A DNA stretch of 64,000 bases from a virus (taxonomy: Duplodnaviria > Caudoviricetes), in the IMG/VR virus record IMGVR_UViG_3300020576_002141, positions 1 through 64,000 of that record; one strand, written 5' to 3'. Made by a program: the position numbers and the translations under genes. The notes beneath the pieces are model-generated. The model did not search any database and was not told the origin of the DNA. It saw nothing but the letters and a program-made list of their open reading frames with translations. Every line of letters begins with the position of its first letter. Positions within the stretch are counted from its first letter, which is position 1. Shown one piece after another: positions 25,574 to 35,080 of this stretch.

Positions 25574-25807
25574 ATGAGTTCTATTTTGAAGTTTACAGAA
25601 AACAGTTTTTCGACTCTCGTAGAAGAAATGGTTATCAAGAGAGGTATGTCATATATTGAATCCGTTTTATTCATATGCGAGAGAGAAAATCTAGAGCCTG
25701 ATTCCGTTGGAAGTTTATTATCAACTCCTATTAAAGAAAAGTTGAAGATAGAAGGACAAGAGATTAACATAATCAAGAAATCCACACCTCCTCTGAGTTT
25801 CTTATGA
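25574..25807 (+). CDS. gp33: Late-promoter transcription co-activator
   Basis: MSYIESVLFICERENLEPDSVGSLLSTPIKEKL; sits in gp33-gp59-gp32 synteny. Confidence 0.88.
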   Translation: MSSILKFTENSFSTLVEEMVIKRGMSYIESVLFICERENLEPDSVGSLLSTPIKEKLKIEGQEINIIKKSTPPLSFL

Positions 25808-26436
25808 ATATGACACCGTTCGATGCTTATAGAACATATCTTGGAATTAAACGATATTTTATGAGCGAAAAAACAACGGTTGTTTCTGCTCCTAGAAATG
25901 TCAAGTATGAAACCTTCGAGAGAAGGAATGACGCTAAGTTATTCCACTCTTTGTGTAAAAAGTATCATAGTGACAAGGATATCGTTAACTTATATGTTTC
26001 AAATATGTTGGTTTACACTGACTGCTGGGTTGGGGATTTGTTAAGTGAGGAATGTGAAGCAAACTATAAAGAATGGAAAAGAAGATCAGAGAGTTTGGAT
26101 TACATGTTCGAAATAGATCTCGGAGTTATTGCCGAGTTTCTGAGTAACAATAATCTCAAGTTCAAAGATTTGTTTACCCCTAGTGAATCTTCTATTCCTC
26201 ATATAACTAAGTTGCTTTTGAAAAAGATGATTATTCCAGAGACTTATACCATATTGGATATTTTGATAAATTTTAGCAAGCCACTTGACTCCTATTATTC
26301 GACGAATATAGTATGGAAGACTCTTACTAATCGCTTCAATAAATACAAAGCTTTCATGACTATTTCAACAGAACAGGAAAAAAAGTATAGAAAGATCGTG
26401 TTTATGAAAATGAAGCAGGCTAGGATAGATATATAA
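25804..26436 (+). CDS. gp59: Helicase loader, gp59-like
   Basis: MTPFDAYRTYLGIKRYF...FERRNDAKLF; synteny. Confidence 0.8.
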   Translation: MNMTPFDAYRTYLGIKRYFMSEKTTVVSAPRNVKYETFERRNDAKLFHSLCKKYHSDKDIVNLYVSNMLVYTDCWVGDLLSEECEANYKEWKRRSESLDYMFEIDLGVIAEFLSNNNLKFKDLFTPSESSIPHITKLLLKKMIIPETYTILDILINFSKPLDSYYSTNIVWKTLTNRFNKYKAFMTISTEQEKKYRKIVFMKMKQARIDI

Positions 26437-26517
26437 TAGTAAAAGGAGATATATTCAAAAAAAAAAACAGTAGACAGAAAAGTAAAATAAAACATACACA
26501 AACAAAGGAAATAACAA

Positions 26518-27450
26518 ATGGGTAATTTTTCAGATTTCAAGAAAAAGTCAAAGGATTCGGTAACGTTCTTAACTTCTAAGGTGGAAGAGTTAAACTCTAA
26601 AACATCTTATGCTACGGATGATAGATTCTGGTCTCTCACCCGCGATGAAAAAACAGGCAACGGACTAGCTATCATACGCTTCCTTCCTGCTCCAGAAAAC
26701 GAAGATCTTCCCTTCTCTCGCTTCTATAGCCACGGTTTCAAAGGACCCGAGGGTAAGTGGTATTATGAAAATTGTCCTACGACCATTGGTGGTAAGTGCC
26801 CCGTATGCGAAGAGAACAATAAGCTTTGGAACTCTGGGTTAGATTCTGACAAGAAGATCGCCAGAGGACGCAAGAGAAAGCTGACTTACGTTTCTAACAT
26901 TTACATTATCAAGGATCCAAAGAATCCTGATAATGAAGGTAAGTGCTTCCTTTACAGATACGGTGCTAAGATTTGGGAGAAGATCAACAACTCCATGAAT
27001 CCTACCGAAGAGGAACTAGCAACCGATATCGAACCATGTAATCCGTTCGATTTCTGGACTGGTAGAACGTTTACTCTTAAGAGCAAGCTAGTAAAGACCG
27101 GAAGCGAATCATATCCTAACTATGATGATTCTGGATTCCTGGTTGCGTCTCCATTGCTAAACGGCGATGATAAGCAACTAGAAGCATTATGGAAGAAGCA
27201 ATATCCATTGGTTCCATTTACCGATGCTTCTATGTTCAAGTCATATGATGAGCTTAGAGCTAGATATAACGAAGTACTGGAGATTCCAGCTAACTTCACA
27301 CCTGCTCCTCCTGCTGCGTCTCAGCCTGCTAGACAAGCTAGCAAGCCTGCTCCGGCTCCGTCTGTTAAGAAGGAGAGCGCACCGTTTGATACAGCTGACG
27401 ATATTGATAGCGCGTTGGCTAGATTTAAGAGCTTGAGCGAAGAAGAATAA
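26518..27450 (+). CDS. gp32: Single-stranded DNA-binding protein
   Basis: DDRFW, IIRFLPA, ENCPTT...CPVCE, acidic C-terminus ARFKSLSEEE. Confidence 0.97.
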   Translation: MGNFSDFKKKSKDSVTFLTSKVEELNSKTSYATDDRFWSLTRDEKTGNGLAIIRFLPAPENEDLPFSRFYSHGFKGPEGKWYYENCPTTIGGKCPVCEENNKLWNSGLDSDKKIARGRKRKLTYVSNIYIIKDPKNPDNEGKCFLYRYGAKIWEKINNSMNPTEEELATDIEPCNPFDFWTGRTFTLKSKLVKTGSESYPNYDDSGFLVASPLLNGDDKQLEALWKKQYPLVPFTDASMFKSYDELRARYNEVLEIPANFTPAPPAASQPARQASKPAPAPSVKKESAPFDTADDIDSALARFKSLSEEE

Positions 27451-27471
27451 TTCGCAATAGAATACTAAATC

Positions 27472-27504
27472 AAAACACCAGAGAGAAATCTCTGGTGTTT
27501 TTTT
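27472..27504. terminator. Bidirectional intrinsic terminator
   Basis: AAAACACCAGAGA-GAAA-TCTCTGGTGTTTT between convergent genes. Confidence 0.9.
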
Positions 27505-29830
27505 ATTTGTTGGCTATTCTTCCAAACATATCTCTTTCGTAACCAAAATCTGGAGTTGTTGAAAGGTGGGTTGGATAAGACATATTAGAAATATTAGTAG
27601 TTGTGGTAGGAGCATTTACTACTGTTGTAGATTCTTTATCTGTTGCTCTGTTAGCTGCTTCTAATAAAGTTGATGCTTCGTATTTTCTATCTTGCATACC
27701 ACTAGTAGGAAATATTTTAATAGGCTCTTGCCTTGTATTGATTGGTGCTGAAGAAGGAGGGTTGATCTTTACTGGAGTTGGATTCAATGCTTTATCCAGT
27801 CTTTCTGGAATCCTGTCTTTTATGTTCTTGTTACCAAAATTTTGTAATTCCGAAACGAGATCCAATAATCCAGGGTTTCTCATCATAATCAATGTTCTTT
27901 TGTTTACATCGTTTACAATACCAGAAACATCCGATCTTAACTTATTAACTTCGCCTATATCCACTCCAGCCTGCTTCCCGTTTTGATCCACAACAGTTTC
28001 AACCACGCCAACCGGAGTAGCTACCGATTTTATGCTATACTTACTAAAGAATTTTATATACTCAACCAAAGTATCTTTCATTGATGTATATTCGTCCTCT
28101 TGTTTTTTCTTCAAAGAATCTTTAATAGTATCTTCGACAGCAGTCTTTATGTCTGGATGATCTTTCTCCATAACAGCCATTCTGGACTTACGATCATTGA
28201 TTTCCAGCTGTGTTTTGTAGTATTCCTTTAGAGATTGATTATTGTTTAGAGTATCCTTTTCTATCTTAGACATTCTTGGATCATTTTCTATGAGGCTGGC
28301 ATAGGTTTCTTCGAAATTTTCTGGTGTCAAATTCTCAACGGAATGAAGTTTTTCTTCTAAACCAGATACTAAACTGGTGTTAGAATTTTTAAACTCTTGG
28401 TACTTCTTTGTTTTTTCTCCTATAGAAATACGTGAAGCTTCTTCTTCAGCTCTGAGGGTTGCGTAATCGGCCTTGGTCTTATCGCCTTCTGATCCAGTAG
28501 ATGCTGCGGTTTTAGCGAAAGACTCTGCTATTGCAGCTACATTAGAAGCACTGTCCACCACTCTTTTCATTTCTTCGGATATAGTTTTGCTTTCTCTAAT
28601 AATATCTCTTGTTACTATAACACCATCCGTTACTATGGATGCCATTGTTCCCAAACCAGGAATCAGAGAGAAAATACCAGATAGAACTTCTAATCCAGCT
28701 CCTGTATAATCTCCTTCGTTAGCCCGTTGCATGGCGAAAGCTGCACCTATACCAAGTCCCATGACAGGAATAGCTTTTCCTACTGTCTTACCAGCTGCTT
28801 TGCCAGCAAATTTTCCTGCCTTAGCAGCACCCTTCAAAGTTCCTTCTGCCATTTCCTTCGAAATGCTTTTTATCCAAGATTTTGAAGTAACTTCGGCCGC
28901 TTCCTTTGCTGCTTCTTTAGCCACTACTTCCGTGGTTTCTGCGGTAACTTTCTTAGGAATCATACTCTCTATCATAGAATATGGTTTCTTTATTCCGCCT
29001 GGTTGAAGTAAGCTTGTGGCTAATTTAGCTCCCCTTAGTCCTTCGTCACTATAACCACTTGTATAATCGTTTATATGGTTGAAAGCTGACAAACCAAGAA
29101 ACCCTGGTATCAAAATATCAAATATGCTACGTACTCCACTTTCTACCGCTTTTTCATTATTGGTTTTTCTTCCTCTGCGTCTATCTGGTTTCCTTTCACT
29201 CAATAAGTCTTCCATTAGGGCTTTGTAGTCTTCTTTACCTTCTCTGTCTCTTAGAGGATTAGAAATAAGAGACTCAGACAGAACCTTCATATATTGAGCT
29301 ATTGCTTCGATATTATGATCGATTCTGGTTAGAGGAGCTATATCGGTTGCGGATGTAGTTAGACCAGAGCCGCTTAGATTAACCACCACAGGAGCTTGCG
29401 TTTTTGTATTCTTCTGAACTGTTCTTATACCTCTGGTTGTATATCCTAGATTTACTATTTTTTCGTTTATATCCTTGATACCCAAATAGATTTCTCTAAC
29501 CAGAGCCTTATCTGATTTTAGAGTTTCCTTAAGGTTCTTCGGTATCTTTTCTACGCTTTCTTGTACTAGTTTTTCGTATTTTTTATTCAGAGCTTTGAGA
29601 TTTTTGTTCAAAGAAGATTGTAGCTTCTTCTCGTTCTTTAGATTATTTGTATACTTTTCATGGAACTTAGCTAAGAGTTTGCCGTGCTTAGAAGTAGTAC
29701 TGAATATTTCTCCTATTTTAGGAGTCATTTTATCCAGAGTATTTTTCTGGGAATCTATTTTTTCAGAACTTTCAGATACGGTTTTATCTGTATCTGTTAC
29801 CTTCTCCAACACTTTCTTTAGAATGTCCAT
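27503..29830 (-). CDS. Baseplate hub / tail length determinant (gp29-like tape measure)
   Basis: Long helical protein with Gly/Ala-rich GKAIPVMGLGIG...GDYTGAGLE...IPGLGT segment; follows gp26-gp51. Confidence 0.65.
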   Translation of the reverse strand: MDILKKVLEKVTDTDKTVSESSEKIDSQKNTLDKMTPKIGEIFSTTSKHGKLLAKFHEKYTNNLKNEKKLQSSLNKNLKALNKKYEKLVQESVEKIPKNLKETLKSDKALVREIYLGIKDINEKIVNLGYTTRGIRTVQKNTKTQAPVVVNLSGSGLTTSATDIAPLTRIDHNIEAIAQYMKVLSESLISNPLRDREGKEDYKALMEDLLSERKPDRRRGRKTNNEKAVESGVRSIFDILIPGFLGLSAFNHINDYTSGYSDEGLRGAKLATSLLQPGGIKKPYSMIESMIPKKVTAETTEVVAKEAAKEAAEVTSKSWIKSISKEMAEGTLKGAAKAGKFAGKAAGKTVGKAIPVMGLGIGAAFAMQRANEGDYTGAGLEVLSGIFSLIPGLGTMASIVTDGVIVTRDIIRESKTISEEMKRVVDSASNVAAIAESFAKTAASTGSEGDKTKADYATLRAEEEASRISIGEKTKKYQEFKNSNTSLVSGLEEKLHSVENLTPENFEETYASLIENDPRMSKIEKDTLNNNQSLKEYYKTQLEINDRKSRMAVMEKDHPDIKTAVEDTIKDSLKKKQEDEYTSMKDTLVEYIKFFSKYSIKSVATPVGVVETVVDQNGKQAGVDIGEVNKLRSDVSGIVNDVNKRTLIMMRNPGLLDLVSELQNFGNKNIKDRIPERLDKALNPTPVKINPPSSAPINTRQEPIKIFPTSGMQDRKYEASTLLEAANRATDKESTTVVNAPTTTTNISNMSYPTHLSTTPDFGYERDMFGRIANK

Positions 29831-29833
29831 ATG

Positions 29834-30019
29834 TTATCCGTTGTTTTTGCTACGTTTTTCTTCTTCCATATGCTGTCGCAACAACTCGATATATATTTCT
29901 CGTTCCCATGGCATCATATTTTCTAAATCTACTAACGTATATCCATGGAGCTGCATTAGCTGAAAATTAAGTTTGTAGTATATCGATAGCGATTCGTGGC
30001 AACAGCTTATCCTAAAAAA
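29834..30019 (-). CDS. gp51: gp51-like baseplate hub assembly frame, probably expressed by -1 frameshift from gp26
   Basis: Frame encodes ISCCHESLSIYYKLNFQLMQLHGYTLVDLENMMPWEREIYIELL; the first in-frame ATG (29956) lies inside the conserved region. Confidence 0.75.
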   Translation of the reverse strand, partial: FFRISCCHESLSIYYKLNFQLMQLHGYTLVDLENMMPWEREIYIELLRQHMEEEKRSKNNG

Positions 30020-30705
30020 TCTGGCAAACCTTGTAGTGTAATAGTTGAGTTATAACCGCACACACATTTAATATCTACAGTAGTTTCTACTTTAGGCTGA
30101 TTAGCAAAGAAGTCTAATATCTTCTCAAATTGACTAGAGTTCAAGTTCTCGATGAATTCCGCAAACTCTTGTACTGTGAAATCTTTCTTTGTATAAACCT
30201 GATTTTCATCATACATCTTTTCTATACAACTATAAAGAAGCTCATATTCAGATGGTAGCGTAGAGCTAGAAGTTTGAATTTTTATTTCTTCTTCTAGAGT
30301 TGGGTATTTGAAGATTATTCCAACATTTTTAGCTAGTTCTATCTTATTTGATTGCTTTGGTTTACTTACCTCGATTGTATTTAAATCTATTCTTAACTTA
30401 ATTGGTTTCTTACAAGACGGGCATTCGGTAGTCGGCTCACATATTTCCCCGACTGATTTGCTTCTTATTTTCAAGAAAATATACTCAATATCAAATTGAG
30501 GCAGTGTACTTACATCCACTGTATTATATGTACAGTTTTCTATTATTTGCTTTACAGCGGATGTCATATCTTTCAAGTCTTCTGATATTACAGCCATCAG
30601 CAAAATCTTCTGTTCCTTGACCAAGTAAGGTCTGTACTTTATTTTCTTTCCATTCGATGGCAAAATCAACTCATAATATGGTACATTTAGCACTGGTAAA
30701 CTCAT
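30007..30705 (-). CDS. gp26: Baseplate hub subunit / assembly chaperone
   Basis: MSLPVLNVPYYELILPS...YRPYLVKEQKILL...FDIEYIFLKIRSKSVGE. Confidence 0.88.
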   Translation of the reverse strand: MSLPVLNVPYYELILPSNGKKIKYRPYLVKEQKILLMAVISEDLKDMTSAVKQIIENCTYNTVDVSTLPQFDIEYIFLKIRSKSVGEICEPTTECPSCKKPIKLRIDLNTIEVSKPKQSNKIELAKNVGIIFKYPTLEEEIKIQTSSSTLPSEYELLYSCIEKMYDENQVYTKKDFTVQEFAEFIENLNSSQFEKILDFFANQPKVETTVDIKCVCGYNSTITLQGLPDFLG

Positions 30706-30714
30706 AGTAACTCC

Positions 30715-31875
30715 TTATAAACCAAATCCTTCTCTAAAGCCAAATCCACGTGTATTTATCGTGGTTTCTGGATTTCCAATATTTGATAGAGGTTGCAACA
30801 GACGAGAACGAAGATTCTGATAAGAATAGTCTGGACTTCTTCTGAAGACATCGATTATCTGACCTGCTTGAGCCGCAGACTCTACATTTTCTATACCAAA
30901 TTCACTACCCAAGATTTCTACTCCCTTATCAACAACTAACTGTTTCAATTCCTTGGGGTTGGAATATCTTATAATATCTCTAGCTACTCTCCTGAATTTA
31001 GTCCATGGAGAATCTACTTCCTCTACTGGACCAACTCTATCTTCAGTCAAGTCTCTCTTACGTTCGTTCAAGACATTTCCTCTATCAGCATACGGTGTTT
31101 CAAAACTATCTACGAGCAAACTATCTGGATCTTGCGTTAGAATAGACCTAGACATTTCTGACATATCATTTTGTTCTTTTACTGTATGGAACTGTTCAAT
31201 AGGATCTACCCACTTTCTAAACGCCATGGTCACTTTCATTTCTAGAATACCAGAATTATTTGATGCCAACGGTATTTCTGTTATTTCTGTCGGGTAGCAT
31301 TCCAAGCACTTGATGAAGTATATACCAGATGTGTCAGGTGTTTGATCATCAAATGGTTTCGGATTAATCGATGTGCTACTGCTGTCATATCCTACTGCTA
31401 ACGGGTTTCCTAGCTGAGTGAACGAATTGACATAATCAGGAAGAACCATGATAGTTATAGTAAACGGTTTAGCGTAGGAGTCATATAACTTTGGGCTGTG
31501 GGTTCTAGGATTCATTACTCCATCTTGCCAATTCTTGAAATACATACGTTCAAACATATCGGTGCTACAGAGGAAATTTAGTGAAAGTGTTTGCGAATAT
31601 GTTTCAAAATTTGGCATCTTGGTGCCTAAGTTATAATACTTTACGTCTTCTGTAGATATCAGTCTTCCTGGTAGATTAACTCCAGTACATGTCAAAGCCA
31701 ATCTCTGTAAAGTTATTATATTTACAAAGTTAATTGGATTTAACGGAGAACCACTATTCAGTCTTTTTTCTGTTCCGGGGCCATTTATAAAAACTATGAA
31801 CCTATTGGATTTTTGAAAGCCATATTGTCCGGCGTGAGTTATAAGATCAGTAATAAATGATGGTTTATTAGCCAT
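30715..31875 (-). CDS. Baseplate-tail tube initiator (gp54-like) with C-terminal extension
   Basis: KSNRFIVFI, VNLPGRLIST, FKNWQD, ECYPTEI, VTMAFRKW; gp19/gp54-fold pattern; synteny. Confidence 0.65.
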   Translation of the reverse strand: MANKPSFITDLITHAGQYGFQKSNRFIVFINGPGTEKRLNSGSPLNPINFVNIITLQRLALTCTGVNLPGRLISTEDVKYYNLGTKMPNFETYSQTLSLNFLCSTDMFERMYFKNWQDGVMNPRTHSPKLYDSYAKPFTITIMVLPDYVNSFTQLGNPLAVGYDSSSTSINPKPFDDQTPDTSGIYFIKCLECYPTEITEIPLASNNSGILEMKVTMAFRKWVDPIEQFHTVKEQNDMSEMSRSILTQDPDSLLVDSFETPYADRGNVLNERKRDLTEDRVGPVEEVDSPWTKFRRVARDIIRYSNPKELKQLVVDKGVEILGSEFGIENVESAAQAGQIIDVFRRSPDYSYQNLRSRLLQPLSNIGNPETTINTRGFGFREGFGL

Positions 31876-32467
31876 TACGTTCCTTTATTTTATCAACCGA
31901 TTCTTTCCAAACTGTATTCTTTGAGAAATGCTTAGACTTGCGTCTGAATCCTTCTAGCGGCAGAAACGTGGTATGAATCCACTCGTCAGCCGGTATCAGT
32001 CCTATAGTCTCAACATTAGAGTACAGATATTTCTTTATACAAACTCTGGCTCGCCTGCTTTCAGCAAATGACTTCATGGTCTTGTAAGAAAGCTTAAGTC
32101 TAGTACTTTCGTCCATTTTATCATTGTTTGATTGAATATGAAGCAAAGCTTTCATCAATACAGCTCTTTCGCTTGGAGGTAGATAATGAAGGTTTATACC
32201 CAAAAATCCATCGGATTGTATGTTTAAGATAAATACCAAAGGAAATCTGTCAAAATATGGTAGCTTCTGTATAGTCTTTGGAGTGTAAGACAACAGGAAC
32301 ATCTTTCCAATACCAGGCGTAGACATCTTCTTTAGTCTAGATTTGGTGTTTCTGGCTTCCATCAATCTCTGAATATTCTTAGTAAACCAGCGAATAGAGC
32401 TATAGTTTCTTATAGCAGAGCCTACTTGAAGCATTTCGTTTGTTATTTTTTGATAGAGATTAATCAT
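31868..32467 (-). CDS. gp2: DNA end protector
   Basis: YTPKT...LPYFDRFPLV...FLGINLHYLPP...IKKYL. Confidence 0.9.
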   Translation of the reverse strand: MINLYQKITNEMLQVGSAIRNYSSIRWFTKNIQRLMEARNTKSRLKKMSTPGIGKMFLLSYTPKTIQKLPYFDRFPLVFILNIQSDGFLGINLHYLPPSERAVLMKALLHIQSNNDKMDESTRLKLSYKTMKSFAESRRARVCIKKYLYSNVETIGLIPADEWIHTTFLPLEGFRRKSKHFSKNTVWKESVDKIKERNG

Positions 32468-32918
32468 TTTTGAATAAGTTCTTTTCTGTTATAATGACAA
32501 AATCCCATTTTTTTGTTTCACAGAGAGTCTTCGCTGCACCCCATTTGCTGCTATTCTTGACCCATAACTCCATCTCTTGAAGATACTTTTTCTTCTTTCT
32601 TTCGTTGCTAGGTTTCTTGGGTGGTTGAGTCAGTTTGAATGGTTTTACTTCGATTAGTTTCTCAGAAACGACCCCACGCTTATCTCGTACCTTTATCCAG
32701 AAGTCTATCCAATAGTTATGCTGCTTTCCATCCATGGGATTATAGTATGGAATAGAAAAGGGCTCTATAGCCCACTCCAGAATGTTTGGGTTCATATCAA
32801 AGTACTTACATAGCTTTCGTTCCCAAAGGGATCTATAAACTACGTTTTCTTTGTCGCCGACGTACTTCTGGGGGTTTTTTAGACTGTACTTGCCTTTGTA
32901 TGACCTATCAAAGCTCAT
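32460..32918 (-). CDS. gp4: Head completion nuclease (TnsA-like)
   Basis: YKGKY...NPQKYVGD...YRSLWERK...IEVKP...NSSKWGAA. Confidence 0.93.
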   Translation of the reverse strand: MSFDRSYKGKYSLKNPQKYVGDKENVVYRSLWERKLCKYFDMNPNILEWAIEPFSIPYYNPMDGKQHNYWIDFWIKVRDKRGVVSEKLIEVKPFKLTQPPKKPSNERKKKKYLQEMELWVKNSSKWGAAKTLCETKKWDFVIITEKNLFKND

Positions 32919-32923
32919 ATTAC

Positions 32924-32938
32924 TATTTAGTATAAATA
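32924..32938. promoter_or_regulatory. Back-to-back late promoters
   Basis: TATAAATA on + (32931-38) and CTAAATA on - (32924-30) at the divergence point of the two structural operons. Confidence 0.8.
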
Positions 32939-32966
32939 CTTACAATCCATATAAGGACAATAAAAC

Positions 32967-34217
32967 ATGCCAACAATTCCGGGCGCAGGGTTTAACGCAG
33001 ACGGCAAGTACGTCAACCCGATTATGAATGGGGCAGATTATTATGACCCCACGTTGTCTAGGTTAGATGCTAATAACCAATTGCGTTCTGACTTTTATAC
33101 GCATTTGACTTTTCCATCAGAATTGTCTACTCTTGACATAAAGTATTCTGAAATACGAGATTTTATGGAAATAGAAGTTCTCAAAATCATAGGACAGAAG
33201 TTTGAGCATTTTATGGACAATACGGGTAACGACAATTTCACTAAAACTCAGATTTTAGAGCAACTTAATGATTCTCAAGCACAAGCTTTAAACCTATCAG
33301 AATCCCAGGCTGCCGGGGGAGCTTTGGACTTCAATAACATAAAAAATACAATAGAAAAGACATCTAAACAAATTGGAGCAAACCAGCTATTCACAGATAA
33401 TACAAAGCTCAGAGATCAAACATTGGATAAAATAGCTAAGATTTGGTTGTATGAACCAGCTTCTATTCAATCTCAATACGGAATAAAGTATTCTGATGAA
33501 GATTTGTCTGCTACTAAGAAAGCATTTGAGCTTATTCCATTAGCATCCGATGGAAAGATTCCAGGACAGATATTAAAGCAGGGTATAACCAATATCGTTG
33601 CTACAGCAGTAGAAGGCGCTGCTAAAGTAGGAAAAATAATCAATGCTGAAAAAGCCTTGGGTGGGCAAATAAATGTACGAGATTATGTAAACTATAAGTC
33701 TAGATCTATCTCGACTCCCCTTATGGAATACCTATTCAACGGTATATCCAGAAGAAAGTTCTCGTTTGCGTGGAAGTTCTATCCAAAAAATCATCAAGAT
33801 GTAATGAACGTATATCAGATTATACGAACTTTAAAGAAAAATGCTCACCCTAGCAGGTTGGGAGCTGGCTTTTATTTGAAATACCCAAATATATTTAAGA
33901 TTCGACATTTGTTCTACAATACCGAAGGGAAAATAGCAGAGAACGTTTATCTCAACAGAATAAAACCATGCGTATTGGAAAATATAACCGTAAACTATAC
34001 TGACTCCAATGGATACGTAGTATTCGATAAAGAGTTTGATATGGACTTCTTTGAAACAGATAATAAGCAAAGTAAGCTCTATAAAAACGGCAAAGGCAAA
34101 TCTCCAATAGGCATTCAGCTTCAACTCGAATTTGCTGAACTAGAACTTCTTCTATCCGAAGACTTTGAAGCAATCGAGCCATCCGAAACCAATCCGTACT
34201 TGGGTGGAGGATATTAA
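32967..34217 (+). CDS. gp48: Baseplate tail-tube cap
   Basis: EYLFNGISRRKFSFAWKFYPKN...KYPNIFKI...CVLENITVNY. Confidence 0.85.
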   Translation: MPTIPGAGFNADGKYVNPIMNGADYYDPTLSRLDANNQLRSDFYTHLTFPSELSTLDIKYSEIRDFMEIEVLKIIGQKFEHFMDNTGNDNFTKTQILEQLNDSQAQALNLSESQAAGGALDFNNIKNTIEKTSKQIGANQLFTDNTKLRDQTLDKIAKIWLYEPASIQSQYGIKYSDEDLSATKKAFELIPLASDGKIPGQILKQGITNIVATAVEGAAKVGKIINAEKALGGQINVRDYVNYKSRSISTPLMEYLFNGISRRKFSFAWKFYPKNHQDVMNVYQIIRTLKKNAHPSRLGAGFYLKYPNIFKIRHLFYNTEGKIAENVYLNRIKPCVLENITVNYTDSNGYVVFDKEFDMDFFETDNKQSKLYKNGKGKSPIGIQLQLEFAELELLLSEDFEAIEPSETNPYLGGGY

Positions 34218-35080
34218 TGTATTTTAAGAATATGCCTGTCATAAACTATGATATCGGAAATATAAAGAAAGTCTGTCGAAATATAATGGTGTGCGCTAAG
34301 TTTAGCGACTTATTCAGAGGAGCTGATCAAGAACAACTTTTCGTAGAATACCTAGTTAAAGATGGCGAAACTCCAGAAGAGATAGCTCATAGAGTCTATG
34401 GATCTGCTTCTTTACATTGGGTTCTGTTGTTATTCAACAATATAATAAATCCTTACTTCGAATGGCCTCTTTCTCAATCTGATTTGGATGAGTTAATATA
34501 CAAAAGTTATCCTGGATCTGCCATCTTTGTAGATATTTCTTCGACATTCAATAGAACAAATGGCGTAACTTTGCCTTCGAAAAAGTCTAACTTTGTTGTA
34601 GGCGAAGCTGTTGCTCACGAAGACGGAACGTGGGCGGCTATAATCAAACGCTGGGATCCTACATTAAGAAAATTAGAAATAGATAGCATCGATGGAACAT
34701 TTGACGCCAATATCTCTGATACATATACTGGTAAAATAATATCGGTGAACTCTGACGGTCATGAGTTTGAGGCTAACATGAAGCGCGTGGTATTCGACAA
34801 TACATACGCGCTTCATCATTTTGAGGATTCAAACGGCGAATACATAGATCCGTATCAAGATTTTGCTGGAAGAACCAACAACAGAACAAGTCTTACCGAT
34901 GATGCTTTATCTGGGGATTTCATATTAAAAAGATACATAGAGCAAGGCTACGATACGGATGTTGTAGTTAATCGTCTATACGAAGATAATCTAAACGATA
35001 GCAGAAGACAAATCAAGGTACTCAAAATAGAATACGTACAAAAAGTCATTGACACTTATATAAGTATATTCAATGGATAA
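34217..35080 (+). CDS. gp53: Baseplate wedge subunit
   Basis: MYFKNMPVINY, DGETPEEIAHRVYG, HWVLLLFNNIINPYFEWP. Confidence 0.9.
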   Translation: MYFKNMPVINYDIGNIKKVCRNIMVCAKFSDLFRGADQEQLFVEYLVKDGETPEEIAHRVYGSASLHWVLLLFNNIINPYFEWPLSQSDLDELIYKSYPGSAIFVDISSTFNRTNGVTLPSKKSNFVVGEAVAHEDGTWAAIIKRWDPTLRKLEIDSIDGTFDANISDTYTGKIISVNSDGHEFEANMKRVVFDNTYALHHFEDSNGEYIDPYQDFAGRTNNRTSLTDDALSGDFILKRYIEQGYDTDVVVNRLYEDNLNDSRRQIKVLKIEYVQKVIDTYISIFNG

